Source of the DNA: Candidatus Eiseniibacteriota bacterium | GTDB taxonomy: Bacteria; Eisenbacteria; RBG-16-71-46; CAZAMP01 | Length of the DNA stretch: 64,000 bases | Direction of reading: 5' to 3' | Assembly: GCA_965224245.1 (NCBI GenBank) | Contig: OZ245046.1 | Location: 4,896,001-4,960,000 of the forward strand | In this document: positions 9,567-19,936 of the stretch, piece by piece | How the letters are laid out: the number at the start of each line of letters is the position of its first letter | Numbering within the stretch: position 1 is the stretch's first letter | Program-made: the position numbers and the translations under genes | The notes under the pieces: generated by a model | Told to the model about the DNA's origin: nothing | The model's input: the letters and a program-made list of their open reading frames with translations, nothing else | Databases searched by the model: none

Positions 9567-10787
9567 ATGCAATCAGAACTGGTACGGAACCCGATCCCGC
9601 ACCTGAGGCTCACGCGTGAGTTCCTGCTCGACCAGATCAGCTACGCCGAGTGGCACGGTCGGGTGGGCTCCCGACCCGGGCTACTGCCACCGGTGGGTGC
9701 CGAGCCGAGCTTGCAGCTCGACATGGAGCCCGCCGACGTCATGTGGCTCCGGAGACTCACGGCCATCGGCGAGCTCGGACAGCCCCTCCTGGTCGGTGAC
9801 GGGGGTCGGGACGTGTCGCCACTGGACACGACCCGTCTCGGCGTGGGGCGGCATCGTGTGTTCGCCGCACTCGAGCGAACCAGGGAGCCGTGTGGTGACG
9901 TCGTGGAGTGTCTGCCGGCCGATGGCGCCCGACGTGCGGTGTCCGGACATGCTCACTTGAAGCCCAGGGTGTCGCTGGTCGTCGGCGACGATCGTTTCCA
10001 GCACCGCGACTGGCTGGAGATCGCACACGTGGAACGAGCACGTGATCGCGGCGCGATGCGAACCTTCCTCGACGGCTCGTTTCACCCGGCGATTCGGGAC
10101 ATGTCGGCGTACACGAAGCCCAACCCGCTGGTGACGCTGGCCCGACTCGGACTGGACGCGTGCGGTGACATCGAGAGCGAGATCGCGAGGGTCGTACTCC
10201 GGTCCGAGCTCGTCGTGCTTCAGAACGTGGCGACCCACGGATGCCCGCAGCTTGCCGTGATCCAAGCACAGCGGTGTCTGGCGTTGCTGAGCGAGCTCGG
10301 CGGCGCTGCGGTTCCGGTACATGCCGGTGCGGAGCGTGTGCGATACGCGCCCGACACCGTGTGTCGATTCCTCTCCACGGTCGCCGGAGATCTCGCCGAT
10401 GGCGGCGATGGCCCGGTCTATCCCGACATCATCCGGGTGGACGAGACGAGCTACCAGCGTCTCGATGGTGAGCTCGAGGAGGACGGTCGCTACTGGACGT
10501 GGCAGGCTCGCCGACCCGGTGGGCTCTGGGCCAACGGCCTGGTGATCTACCTCCCGCGCTCGTCACCCGACGCGCTACCCATCGTGCAGTTCGGTCAGCA
10601 CAAGGCCGAGCCGCACTCGTTCAGGCGGGCCAGAACCTCCCACGCCAACGGTCGACCAGGGGCCACGCTTCGGCTGGATCCGATCACGGAGAGGTTGGGC
10701 GCGATCTACCTCGTGACTGACGCGGCTCAACACGAGCTCGAGCTGCGCGCTCAGCTCGGGGACGGACATGCGATCTACTACTTTTGA
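9567..10787 (+). CDS. tssK: TssK-like T6SS baseplate protein
   Basis: 'NPIPHLRLTREFLLDQ...PGLLP...LRRLTAIGELGQPLLV...LEIAHVER...LDGSFHPAIRDMS' follows the TssK pattern (W-x-x-G-M..H-F, YGL, C-x-A-I-T-x-x-G, D-x-x-F-I-P-P); first gene of the T6SS-like operon. Confidence 0.55.
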   Translation: MQSELVRNPIPHLRLTREFLLDQISYAEWHGRVGSRPGLLPPVGAEPSLQLDMEPADVMWLRRLTAIGELGQPLLVGDGGRDVSPLDTTRLGVGRHRVFAALERTREPCGDVVECLPADGARRAVSGHAHLKPRVSLVVGDDRFQHRDWLEIAHVERARDRGAMRTFLDGSFHPAIRDMSAYTKPNPLVTLARLGLDACGDIESEIARVVLRSELVVLQNVATHGCPQLAVIQAQRCLALLSELGGAAVPVHAGAERVRYAPDTVCRFLSTVAGDLADGGDGPVYPDIIRVDETSYQRLDGELEEDGRYWTWQARRPGGLWANGLVIYLPRSSPDALPIVQFGQHKAEPHSFRRARTSHANGRPGATLRLDPITERLGAIYLVTDAAQHELELRAQLGDGHAIYYF

Positions 10788-11736
10788 CGACGCGGCGATG
10801 CCGCGCGGGACACCGCTCGGCATGGTCGACCCCACGCTGGCCGCCGGCACGGCGGAGGGACTTCGCGTGCTCAACGAGCTACTCCTTCGAGTAGCACGGC
10901 CGCGCACGTACACCGCCGAGCGGTCGGCACTCGAGGCCATCAGGGCCATCCGTGATGATCGAGTGAGCATCGCCGCGGACACCGACGCCGCCTTCGACGA
11001 GCTTAGGCGCAACGTCCAGTACGTACGCGCCCAGGATGTCGAGGGACTCGCGGAGTGGCTCCAGCTTTCGAGTCGGTCCCTGGTGCCGAGCACCGAGGCC
11101 CGAAAGCGACGCCATGCACTCCTGATCGCCCTTACGGCGAAGGTCGTCGCCACGACGAGCGGATACGACGTCCCGGCCGCGATCGATGGCTCCGCGCTCT
11201 ATCCATGGAGTGAGGGGCTCGCGCCCCTTCTGACCTGGATGCCCACGAGGCCACTGACGCGTACGTACGGCGAGTTGGCCGGCCGCTATCTCGAGGTCAC
11301 GCAGGAGATCGTGTTCGACGTGCACCTGCATCCCATCGACGCGACGACCCCCGAGGAGTTCGACGGATGGCCGTGGTGGAAGCGCCTCGTCCAGCTGCGC
11401 GGCTGGAGAGCTCGCCACCGGCGCGAGGGGCCCGACAACCCGACCCTGGATGCGGGGCGGCTCGAGTTCCGCCTGGCCAGAAACGGGAGCTTCCGTCGGC
11501 TCGAACGTGACGGGGGCCTCGTCGCCCGCCGTTGGCTCACCACGCTCGGGTACCGCGACGTCGTTCGGCGGACCCGCCCGGGGCTTGCCTGGGTCCTCGG
11601 AGCGTTGGTAGCGGTGATCTCGACGACTGCATTGCTGCTCGTCCTTCACCATCGCATGGACACCATTGCGGGACGCGACCGGGCGCTGGCGGACCACGCA
11701 GCTCGGATCGCCCGCGAGCTGGGGAGTGGACGATGA
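10768..11736 (+). CDS. helical protein with C-terminal TM anchor (TssL/DotU-like topology)
   Basis: Helical N-terminal region; single TM 'LAWVLGALVAVISTTALLLVL' near the C-terminus; lies between the tssK-like and tssM-like genes. Confidence 0.5.
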   Translation: MRSTTFDDAAMPRGTPLGMVDPTLAAGTAEGLRVLNELLLRVARPRTYTAERSALEAIRAIRDDRVSIAADTDAAFDELRRNVQYVRAQDVEGLAEWLQLSSRSLVPSTEARKRRHALLIALTAKVVATTSGYDVPAAIDGSALYPWSEGLAPLLTWMPTRPLTRTYGELAGRYLEVTQEIVFDVHLHPIDATTPEEFDGWPWWKRLVQLRGWRARHRREGPDNPTLDAGRLEFRLARNGSFRRLERDGGLVARRWLTTLGYRDVVRRTRPGLAWVLGALVAVISTTALLLVLHHRMDTIAGRDRALADHAARIARELGSGR

Positions 11737-13826
11737 CGAGGATGACGGCCACCCGCATCTCGAAACGACTGCGGCGTTTGTCGAGCCTCTTCGGGCGGAC
11801 GAAACGTGTGGTGCTGATCGGACGTGACGTGAGGGACGCTCGAGGAGTCCTCGACGCCTGGCTCAACACCTGTGAAGGCGGGGGGGCGCTGCGGACGGTC
11901 ACACCCCCGACGGGAGATTCCGCGCGCGGAGATCGGGTTGCTCACGAGATCGTCGTGCTCTCGACGGAGCGTCCCGGGCGCTCGTGCCGCTGGGGCGTCG
12001 ATGTCCCCGATCTCGCGACGATCGACCGGGACGAGACCTGGCCCACCCAGGCAAACGCCGCCGTGATCTGCTGGCCCCACGCGGCATTGACCGAGCCGGC
12101 GGAGCGCGTGGCCGAGGCGGTGTTTCGGCTCAGCGGTGCCGTCGGCGAAGGAAGAGCGCGGGGCAAACTCCGGCGTGTCGCGTTCGTGATCACCGGCATT
12201 CCGGCGGACATCGGGCCACGACATCCGTCGCAGGCGCGCCTGGATCTTCCACCGAAGCGACGCCTCGACGACGCCATTCGTGTACAGGCCCGCGAGGGCG
12301 CCGGCGTCCCCGGGCATCCACTCGCGGATGATCGCTGGAGCACCTACCTGCGCTCGAGCGTGGCCGGCAACGCGTCGGTCCGGAAGCTGCATGAGAACGT
12401 GCGCCTGGCATGCGGCGGCGCCTGCCCCATCTTCTTCCTGGCCACCGAGCCCAGCGGCACAGCCGTCACGCGTATTCTGCGATGGCTGAACGGCGACCCG
12501 GAGCCGCGCCGCCAGCGGGTGCGCCCGTTGCTGGCCGCTGGCGTCGCCGCCTCGCTGCTGGCCGCTCTGGTCACATTGATCGTGGTCGTACCGCCCGGTA
12601 CCCAGGCGCGCGTCGCGCCGTCGACGACGTCCGTGGAGAAGATGGCCGGGCTGGCGGACGCGCTGGATGAGCGGCTGTCGGCACACGAGCGATGGTCGGT
12701 GCGCACCGCCGCAATGCTGTCGAGATCGGCCCTCGAGACCGAGCCTCTGCGCGCGGCACGGGATGCCATCCGCGATGCCCGAGCCCGCATCGCCGACGTG
12801 GACGCATTCGTATCCTGGCGGTCGCGCCTGTCTCGGACCCGGGCAGCTCTGGTCGACAGCGTCTCGTCGCGCGGGGTGATCGCGCCCTCCACTTCCGACG
12901 CGGCCCGGGTGGCCGCGGAGTCGGCACTCGACTCGCTCCGGAACTGGTCCGATCGGCCCTGGATCACCCGATGGCGCCACGCCGATCTCACGGAGGCCAG
13001 GCAGCAGGCAGGCGAGATCGCGGTGTGGTGGGCGTTGACGTCGCTGGACGTCGACCTCCGCCCCAGTGGGAGGCTCGTGGCCGATCTCGGGCGGCAAGCA
13101 GCGATCTCGTCCGAGCTGACGCGACTCTCGTTCACCGAGGAGGCGCAGTGGATTCACCTCCGGCTCGACACCCCGCTTCACTTTCTCGCGGACTACGCCA
13201 TCCGTCTGCGTGACGACATCAACCCCTACGCGGGCGTCTTCCGCCGCTTCGTGCCGTTCCTGTCCGAGCCGGACGTCCGGTCGGAGGTCGCGGCCCTGAG
13301 GGAGCTTTCGGTGGCGGAGGTCCTCGCCGCGCGAGACCTGCTCCGAGAGCGCGTTGACGAGCTCGTGACGCTGGTCGAGATGTGGGAACGCGTATCCAAC
13401 ACCTCCCGTGCCGACCTGAAGTCGGACCTGAGCACGCTCGCCACCGGACTCGATGAGATCGACGACGCGGTGTACATGGAGATCGCGCTGAACGTGGCAG
13501 GCGATACGCACTGGCACGTCGACTACGCAACATCTTCGAGTGGCCCCTGGCGCGCATCCACTCTGGACGGCGACGGTGGTGCCACGATCGTGGCGGCGAC
13601 TGCCCGGCCTGACGCAACGCTCTACCTCCGGTTCAACTGGCGGTCTCGGACCCACGCCGTCGAAAGCCGCCGGGCAGGCAGCGCATGCACGGGTGGATCG
13701 AGGATTGAGCTCCCGCTCTGGCAAGGTCACGGCGTGATCCAGACGCGCACGAGGAACGTGCACTGGAACGTGCGGGACGGCCGTCCGACGTGGCCGCCCT
13801 CGAAAGTGGATGGAGGTGCGGAATGA
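11733..13826 (+). CDS. membrane protein with degenerate P-loop/GTPase-like N-domain, TM and large periplasmic domain (TssM-like architecture)
   Basis: ATGA overlap with previous gene; 'KRVVLIGRDVRDARG', 'WGVDVPD', 'RRVAFVITG', 'PIFFLA' strand order; TM 'LLAAGVAASLLAALVTLIVVV'; long helical region, then a beta-rich C-terminus. Confidence 0.5.
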   Translation: MTRMTATRISKRLRRLSSLFGRTKRVVLIGRDVRDARGVLDAWLNTCEGGGALRTVTPPTGDSARGDRVAHEIVVLSTERPGRSCRWGVDVPDLATIDRDETWPTQANAAVICWPHAALTEPAERVAEAVFRLSGAVGEGRARGKLRRVAFVITGIPADIGPRHPSQARLDLPPKRRLDDAIRVQAREGAGVPGHPLADDRWSTYLRSSVAGNASVRKLHENVRLACGGACPIFFLATEPSGTAVTRILRWLNGDPEPRRQRVRPLLAAGVAASLLAALVTLIVVVPPGTQARVAPSTTSVEKMAGLADALDERLSAHERWSVRTAAMLSRSALETEPLRAARDAIRDARARIADVDAFVSWRSRLSRTRAALVDSVSSRGVIAPSTSDAARVAAESALDSLRNWSDRPWITRWRHADLTEARQQAGEIAVWWALTSLDVDLRPSGRLVADLGRQAAISSELTRLSFTEEAQWIHLRLDTPLHFLADYAIRLRDDINPYAGVFRRFVPFLSEPDVRSEVAALRELSVAEVLAARDLLRERVDELVTLVEMWERVSNTSRADLKSDLSTLATGLDEIDDAVYMEIALNVAGDTHWHVDYATSSSGPWRASTLDGDGGATIVAATARPDATLYLRFNWRSRTHAVESRRAGSACTGGSRIELPLWQGHGVIQTRTRNVHWNVRDGRPTWPPSKVDGGAE

Positions 13827-14404
13827 CGCGGACCGCTTCTGGGCTGGGTGCGACGCTAATCCTCCTGACGACGCTCGTCGGTACGGGCGAAGGGGTCGAC
13901 GCGGCGGGCGCGTTCCTCGAGGCCGAGTGTCGGGTCGTCACCGGCGGTGACTCGACCGAGGTCGTCCTCGAGGTCGTGAACGTGCGCAACCTGGCGACCG
14001 GTCCATCGGACTGGACCGCGTCGCTCTCGATCGACTGTTCCGTGGAGGAGTCGCGCCTTCCCTGGCGAACCGAGCTGGGGAGCGGCTGGCGTGCGGTCGC
14101 GGCCTGGACGGTCACCAGTCCGAGCCGAGGCTTCCTCTTTCTCGGGGGCCGGGGCGGACGCGCCACGCTCACGCTGCCATCGGCCGGCTGGTCGATCCGG
14201 TGCCACTGCGCGGGCAAGAGCGACGAACCCCGCGTTCGAGTGTTCGGCGTCCTGATCGGGCCGGACGGCGAACCGGTCCCGTCTCTGAGCTACGTCGGCG
14301 AGCAGGAGTCGTTCTTCGCGCGTCTCCTTCCCTTCGGGTCCGGGCACCCCGCCGAGCTGCCGTCGTCGGTTCGGCTGCGCCTGGCCTGGGAGCCGTTCGA
14401 GTGA
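13823..14404 (+). CDS. exported beta-rich protein (possible TssJ analogue)
   Basis: ATGA overlap; GGAGG RBS; N-terminal hydrophobic signal; beta-sandwich-like composition; no lipobox. Confidence 0.5.
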   Translation: MTRTASGLGATLILLTTLVGTGEGVDAAGAFLEAECRVVTGGDSTEVVLEVVNVRNLATGPSDWTASLSIDCSVEESRLPWRTELGSGWRAVAAWTVTSPSRGFLFLGGRGGRATLTLPSAGWSIRCHCAGKSDEPRVRVFGVLIGPDGEPVPSLSYVGEQESFFARLLPFGSGHPAELPSSVRLRLAWEPFE

Positions 14405-14562
14405 TCGGCGCGCTCCGTCGGTTGACCGCAAGATGCGTGTCCACATTGCAACGCCGACCCGACACACATCTCGAGGAAGATCCAATCCCATCTCCGAAAT
14501 CGCCGCTCGAGGCCCGTTCATCTGGTGAGACCACGAGCCTTCGCATGATGAGGAGGATCCCC

Positions 14563-15087
14563 ATGGCGGACGACAAAGGTCTGAAAGCGCACATCGTGTA
14601 CCCCGATCCCGAGAAGGCGCTCTCGGCCCCGGTGTTGCCGGAGGTCGCGATCGCCTTCGACGCTTCTCTTCAGCCCAGGCGCCGATCACTCGCGGCGCTC
14701 AAGGCTGCTCACCCGACCGACCTCACGGCCAACAGCGTCGACGAGGTCTGCTCCGGGCTCGGTCTGGTGATCCGGGGCACGGTCGAAGATGAGACGGGCG
14801 CGAAGAAACAGGTCGTCATCCCGGTCGCGAACGAAAACACGTTCACGCCGGGCGGGCTGACCGCCCGCTGCGAGCCTCTCTTCGACCTGTACACCGCGCA
14901 TCGAACGGCCGATCAAATCGCGACGCTGTCGGAGGAAGTCGAGCTCGACCAGGCGCTCTCAGCGATCGAGACGCTGGATGCATTCGAGCGAGCACTCGCC
15001 GCCGTGGACGCGCCGAGTAACGATGACGTCCCTGACCCGGCGAGCGACGACGAGACCTCGCCCAACGAGCAACCCGGAGGAATGTGA
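14563..15087 (+). CDS. tssB: T6SS contractile sheath small subunit TssB-like
   Basis: AGGAGG RBS; 'SVDEVCSGLGLVIRGTVEDETGAKKQVVIPVANENTFTPGGLTARCEPLFDL' parallels the TssB core; directly precedes tssC. Confidence 0.7.
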   Translation: MADDKGLKAHIVYPDPEKALSAPVLPEVAIAFDASLQPRRRSLAALKAAHPTDLTANSVDEVCSGLGLVIRGTVEDETGAKKQVVIPVANENTFTPGGLTARCEPLFDLYTAHRTADQIATLSEEVELDQALSAIETLDAFERALAAVDAPSNDDVPDPASDDETSPNEQPGGM

Positions 15088-16442
15088 TGATGAGCGCAGT
15101 GGCCACACGCCTCGACCACGAGATGCTGGAGCGTCTGCGTGGGATTCATGCCGTCATGCCCGGGCTCCAGCCCGATCCAGTCACCGGAGGCGACCTCGAG
15201 TGTCCCGGCATCGACGTCACCGAGAGCGACATCGACCTCCGGGACCTGCTCAACCGTCGCGGAGAAGCGGCACGGCAAAGCAGGCGTCTCCTGCGGGCAC
15301 ACATCCGGGCGTTCATCGCGATCACGCGTCGCGCCGAGGCGAACGGCCAGACCCTGAAACAAGCCGCGTCCGAGCACGCGGACGCATCGGCCCAGGCGCT
15401 GGAACGATCCTGGGTATCGCTCCTCACTGCGAACCGCGAGCTGGAGACCCGGGTGCGAAGCGTGGCGTTGATGTTTGCCAACCTCGCATCATCCCGGGCC
15501 GCGCTCACCGATCGCATCCACTTTCTGGACGTCAGCCACGAGGAGCTGAACACGCCCGCCGGCCAGGACTTCGTCCGCGACTACCTGAGCCACTTCGTGG
15601 ATCGCCCGGATCCCCGGGAGGCCCGCGGATACTTCTGGGCTCCCGGCTGGCTAGGAGATGCCGATGGCGTCAACGCGCTCGGTCGAGTCGTGCACGAGCA
15701 TCGTGCGCTCTTCGTGTCGGACGCGCCGCCGTACGAGTCGGAGGTCGCGCTGAAGAAGGCCGCCAGGCCCGGACGTCTCCTGGACTCGCTGAAGGGAGAG
15801 GACGTTCACCATCGGCACATGATCCTGATCGGCAACCCGACCCGTGCCCGCGGCGCGTTTCGCGGACGCACGGCATCAGAGGCCGACGACGTTCGGGTTC
15901 CGGGCAGCTCGGCCTGGTTCGGCATGCAGCTCGACACGATCGTGCGCGGTACGCCGTGGATTCCGGTCGCCGGCTACCTGAACCCGCTGGCCGGCGTGGA
16001 CGACGTCGCGGTCGATCTCCGGCTGGAAGACGTGGCCGGGTTCCGTCTGTATGCGAGCCATCGCATCAATCCCGTCATCCTGAGGGGCGCCGGCTCGAAC
16101 ATCGCGGTCGTCTGGGGCGCCTACACCCTCGGCGGGCAGCAGGTCGGCGAGGCGGTGGCCGAGCTCGAGGTGGTCCGTTTTGCGGAGTGGGTCATGAACC
16201 AGCACGGACTCCTGGTCGAGCTCGACAAGGGCGCCAGGGAGGTTCGCCGCCAGCTCGCCCACTTCGTCACGTTGAACCGCGGCGCGGGAAAGATGTTCAG
16301 AGCGAAGAGCCGAGTCGACGTGCGGGTCGAGGGAAAGACGATCGTCGTCGACTTCGATCTCCACTACCGAGTGGTCACCGAACACGCGGTCATTCGGATG
16401 AACAAGTCGTCAGACGAGACCGCGCTCGAAATCACGGACTGA
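15087..16442 (+). CDS. tssC: T6SS contractile sheath large subunit TssC-like (Bacteroidota DUF5458 type)
   Basis: 'LETRVRSVALMFAN', 'DRPDPREARGYFWAPGWLG', 'MILIGN', 'EADDVRVPGSSAWFG', 'INPVI...VVWGAYTL' are collinear with T6SSiii TssC motifs. Confidence 0.8.
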   Translation: MMSAVATRLDHEMLERLRGIHAVMPGLQPDPVTGGDLECPGIDVTESDIDLRDLLNRRGEAARQSRRLLRAHIRAFIAITRRAEANGQTLKQAASEHADASAQALERSWVSLLTANRELETRVRSVALMFANLASSRAALTDRIHFLDVSHEELNTPAGQDFVRDYLSHFVDRPDPREARGYFWAPGWLGDADGVNALGRVVHEHRALFVSDAPPYESEVALKKAARPGRLLDSLKGEDVHHRHMILIGNPTRARGAFRGRTASEADDVRVPGSSAWFGMQLDTIVRGTPWIPVAGYLNPLAGVDDVAVDLRLEDVAGFRLYASHRINPVILRGAGSNIAVVWGAYTLGGQQVGEAVAELEVVRFAEWVMNQHGLLVELDKGAREVRRQLAHFVTLNRGAGKMFRAKSRVDVRVEGKTIVVDFDLHYRVVTEHAVIRMNKSSDETALEITD

Positions 16443-16461
16443 TCGTCGACGGGAGGATGAC

Positions 16462-16896
16462 GTGCCTAACTACAGGATCCGCGCAGAGCTGAAGCCGCGA
16501 AGTGGCGAAGCGATCGAGCTCGACCACATCCTGAGCCTATCGTGGAGGGCCTGGCGTAGCCCGGGCCCCAACAACAACCTCGGGCAGGTGGGGCACCAGG
16601 TCGACGAGATCGTGCTGACCCGGCACAAGTCGCTGCCCAATGGCGAGCAGCCGGCGGAGGACAGGACGGTCGCGGCTGCCGCGGCACGCGAGCAAGACGC
16701 CTTCCACTCCGGCGAGATCACGGTGGCACGCCCGGAGGATCCGACGAACCCGGTACAGACGATCCGCTTCGACGAGGGTCACGTGACGTCGATCCAGCAA
16801 GAGATCAACGGCAGCCGGTTCGTGGAGACGCTCAACATCGCCGTGAAGTCACTCCAGGTCGACGACAACATCTTCGAGCCGGAACCGGCGGAGTGA
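16462..16896 (+). CDS. hcp: T6SS tube protein Hcp/TssD-like
   Basis: 144 aa, follows the sheath genes; GGAGG RBS; 'SGEITVARPEDPTNPVQTIRFDEGHVTSIQQEI...ETLNIAVKSLQV' is a typical Hcp/TssD C-terminal half. Confidence 0.75.
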   Translation: MPNYRIRAELKPRSGEAIELDHILSLSWRAWRSPGPNNNLGQVGHQVDEIVLTRHKSLPNGEQPAEDRTVAAAAAREQDAFHSGEITVARPEDPTNPVQTIRFDEGHVTSIQQEINGSRFVETLNIAVKSLQVDDNIFEPEPAE

Positions 16897-18362
16897 GTGT
16901 CACCGGTGCAGTGGCCCCCGGCGCGGACTGTCGGTTTCGGGTACTCGTGGACGACGATCGGCTCGACGGCATCGGCGACGTGACCATCGTCGAGGATCTC
17001 CGGGGCGGGGTGGATGCCAGGTTCGATCTGTGGCTCGACCCGGCGACTCGCATCCGGCCTGGCCAGCGCGTGACGGTTCGGGTGGAGCGGGTGGGCAGGA
17101 TCAACCACGACACCGAGATCCACACGTGGTGCCGTACCACGTCGACCTTTCGGGTCTCGGGCGAGCGGGCAACGTGCCGTACGCACGCCACCGATCCCCT
17201 CCGCGTGCATCCGCCGCAGCCGGAGTTCCGGAGTCATGCCGGCGGTGTCGGGTTGCTGCAGCTCGCGCGCGCGGTGGCGCGTCTGCCGAAAGGCGTGCGC
17301 GCGTCCGCCCAAGACGTACCGGTGCGCGCGGCCTGGCTTCTGCAAGCCGACGAATCCGCGGTCGAGTTCATGCACCGGGTAGCGGCCGCGATCGACCACG
17401 TCGTGTTCTGGAGTCGAGACGAGCTGACCGCGGCGATGATCGGTGACGACCGCGAGGACCACGAGCTCGGCGACTTCGGCGAGGACGACGTTCTGCGAGC
17501 GACCTACGTGGAGTCGGTGGGCCTGCATGGGACCAACACGACGTGGATCCATCCGGAGACGCGATCGGTGCAGCAACGTCGTCAGGACCCGCACCGCTCG
17601 GGCGGTACGATCGCAACGCGTCGAAGCGCGTGGCGCGCCGGCGGCGCGGTCATGCCGGCACCGGCCGATGGTCTGTGGATGGCGACGACATTGTCGACAC
17701 ATCGGCCGGACGTCCGCCTCGGGTCGCGGCTCGAGATGGAGAACGGTCCCTGGATTGTCCACCGCGTCGAGCATCACCTCACGGCTCGCGGCACCTACGA
17801 GAACGTGATCCACGCCGTGCGCGCGGTGGACTGGGGACGTCCCGCGTACGCGCTGACGCCGTTGGTGATCGGCCCGCTGCACGCGACGGTGGTCGACAAC
17901 GAGGATCCGGCTGCTCTGGGACGGATCCGTGTCGTCCTGCTCGAGGATCCTGACCGGCGTCCGACACCGTGGGTGCCTTACGGATTTGCCTACGCGGGTC
18001 CAGCACATGGGATTCACTACGTTCCCGAGAAGGGCGACCTGGTCCTCGTGGATGCCGAGCCCGGCTCGCCCGAGCGTCTCTACGCTCGAGGCAGCATCCG
18101 AAGCGCTCGGTCGCCGGTGCCCGACGATTGGCAGGTCCGTGGTAACGCGATCAAGACCTGGGTGACCCGGGGCGGCAGCGGTGTCGTCATCGACGACGGG
18201 AGCCGCACCCTCCGGGCGACCGCGGGCGCCATGCTGAGTGTGAACGCCGACGACCTGGTCGCCGAAGCGACGACTCTCCGACTCCACGCTGCCGGGAGTC
18301 TGGCGCTCGACGGTGACGAGCACGTCGCGATTCGGTCTCGCCGTCGCATCGATCTGGGGTGA
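16893..18362 (+). CDS. vgrG: VgrG/TssI spike protein
   Basis: 'WLLQADESAVEFMHRVA' (gpD-like); 'ATVVDNEDPAALGRIRV...PWV...YAGPAHGIHYVPEKGDLVLV...PERLYARGSI' (gp5 OB-fold); short beta-helix tail. Confidence 0.85.
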   Translation: MSVTGAVAPGADCRFRVLVDDDRLDGIGDVTIVEDLRGGVDARFDLWLDPATRIRPGQRVTVRVERVGRINHDTEIHTWCRTTSTFRVSGERATCRTHATDPLRVHPPQPEFRSHAGGVGLLQLARAVARLPKGVRASAQDVPVRAAWLLQADESAVEFMHRVAAAIDHVVFWSRDELTAAMIGDDREDHELGDFGEDDVLRATYVESVGLHGTNTTWIHPETRSVQQRRQDPHRSGGTIATRRSAWRAGGAVMPAPADGLWMATTLSTHRPDVRLGSRLEMENGPWIVHRVEHHLTARGTYENVIHAVRAVDWGRPAYALTPLVIGPLHATVVDNEDPAALGRIRVVLLEDPDRRPTPWVPYGFAYAGPAHGIHYVPEKGDLVLVDAEPGSPERLYARGSIRSARSPVPDDWQVRGNAIKTWVTRGGSGVVIDDGSRTLRATAGAMLSVNADDLVAEATTLRLHAAGSLALDGDEHVAIRSRRRIDLG

Positions 18363-19936
18363 ACATGTTCGAGCTGGAGGCATTGACTCGCACCATGCTG
18401 GATGCGATCGACGATGTCGGCGCCGCCCTCGTGGAACGGACGCGCACCGCGTGCGCGAACGCGCTGCTGGCGGTGTCGGATCCAGGGCTTGCACTACCGT
18501 CTCCACCGGTCGCGCTGATGGAGTTCGACACGGACGAGACGGCAACCCTCGACCGACGGGCCTTGCTGCGGTCAGAGCTGGCACTCAAGGCGTCAGGCGA
18601 GATCCTGGTGACTCCGGTGTGCGGGGACATCGTGGTTCATCCGTGGCGCATCGAGAGCGCCGAGTGGATCATGGACGACCCACGCGACACCGGTGAGGAC
18701 GATCCCAGGGTGGCGAGGGGCGTCGTGTGTCGGCTTCGGAGATCCCCGGCGTCGACTTGCACGCCGGGTCCCCTGACCGTGCACGTGGGAGTGGACCCGG
18801 CGGTGGTTGGAAGCCTCAGACGGAGCATCGCGACGGCGCGCGCGATCGACGACTCGGACACCCAGCGACTGCTCGTCGTGGACCGAAAGCCGGAGACGTA
18901 TCTTGCCACACGGGTCCCCGTCGGTCCCACGACGACCGATCAGCAGGTCGCGGCACAGGAGGAGACGCTCGTCAGCGTGTATGTGACGCGCGAACTCTGC
19001 GAGCGCGAGTCATGGACGCTCGAGCTCCGCTTCGCGCGGCGAGCACTGGCCGTGTCGTCGACGCCGTCCGTGACGGCAAACGTGCACTCGGTCTGGAACT
19101 CCCTGTGGACGCGGTATCCAGAGCGCGCGTCGGTGCAGCAGACCGTGTCCGAGAACCGGAATCGCTGGGTACATGCGCTCGGGTCCCGAGACGTGGGATC
19201 GAGCTGGCGTGCGTGGAGCGTCGTTCGCGTCGGGACCTCACGGCGCCTCCATTCCGCCACGTCCTGGTTCGCGTCGACGGGCCGTTCGCCGGCGACCGAC
19301 ACACCGGCGCTCCTGCTGGCGTACGTCGGTGAACAGACGTCGCATCCCGAGCGACAAGTGCGCGCGACGTCTCCTACCCCCGTTCTGTCGATCGTGGTCG
19401 ACGCGACCACGCGGCGACACCTGGACGATGCCCGCACGAAACTGACGGCGGAGTACTGGATCACGACGGGTGCCGACGGCAATGGCGTTCCGGCTGGCAC
19501 CGCATTTCACGTCGACTCACCCCTGTCGGCTCGTCTTCAGGGACGGCTCGTCACGTCGATGTGGGGTGGCACCGACGGCGCGATGGGCCATGTGGTCGAC
19601 TTCTCGGGAGACGAGCAGCCATCGGTGTTCGTGGCTCCACGTGGCTTGCTCACGGTGACTGACGCGATGAACATCATCGCGCGTGCCTCGGGAGGGATGC
19701 TGGACGTGGTCGATCCGCGGGACTTCCTTCGCTGGGGGGCAGCGTCGCCGATCGAGCCGCTCGTCGTGCGCGTGCGGTTCCGCGACCGCGTCCCCGGCCA
19801 TCAGGGCGGAATCGTGCTGGCAGCGTGTCGCGGCGCACTCGAGCAGCGGATGGGCAGCGCGGTCGCGGCCGGACTCGTGCTCACTTGCGACGAGATGCGA
19901 GATGGGGTCGCAATGGATGTTTCCGATGACGCGTAG
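18359..19936 (+). CDS. tssF: TssF-like baseplate protein
   Basis: N-terminal 'LLAVSDPGLALPSPPVALMEF', 'VTANVHSVWN', and C-terminal 'EYWITTGADGNGVPAG...TSMWGGTD' match baseplate TssF/gp6-like motifs. Confidence 0.65.
   Translation: MNMFELEALTRTMLDAIDDVGAALVERTRTACANALLAVSDPGLALPSPPVALMEFDTDETATLDRRALLRSELALKASGEILVTPVCGDIVVHPWRIESAEWIMDDPRDTGEDDPRVARGVVCRLRRSPASTCTPGPLTVHVGVDPAVVGSLRRSIATARAIDDSDTQRLLVVDRKPETYLATRVPVGPTTTDQQVAAQEETLVSVYVTRELCERESWTLELRFARRALAVSSTPSVTANVHSVWNSLWTRYPERASVQQTVSENRNRWVHALGSRDVGSSWRAWSVVRVGTSRRLHSATSWFASTGRSPATDTPALLLAYVGEQTSHPERQVRATSPTPVLSIVVDATTRRHLDDARTKLTAEYWITTGADGNGVPAGTAFHVDSPLSARLQGRLVTSMWGGTDGAMGHVVDFSGDEQPSVFVAPRGLLTVTDAMNIIARASGGMLDVVDPRDFLRWGAASPIEPLVVRVRFRDRVPGHQGGIVLAACRGALEQRMGSAVAAGLVLTCDEMRDGVAMDVSDDA

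Noticed and set aside
14427-14443. Sigma54 -24/-12-like sequence (TGGACACGCATCTTGC on the minus strand) before tssB
   Set aside because: GG-to-GC spacing is 11 rather than 10, and it points away from the operon
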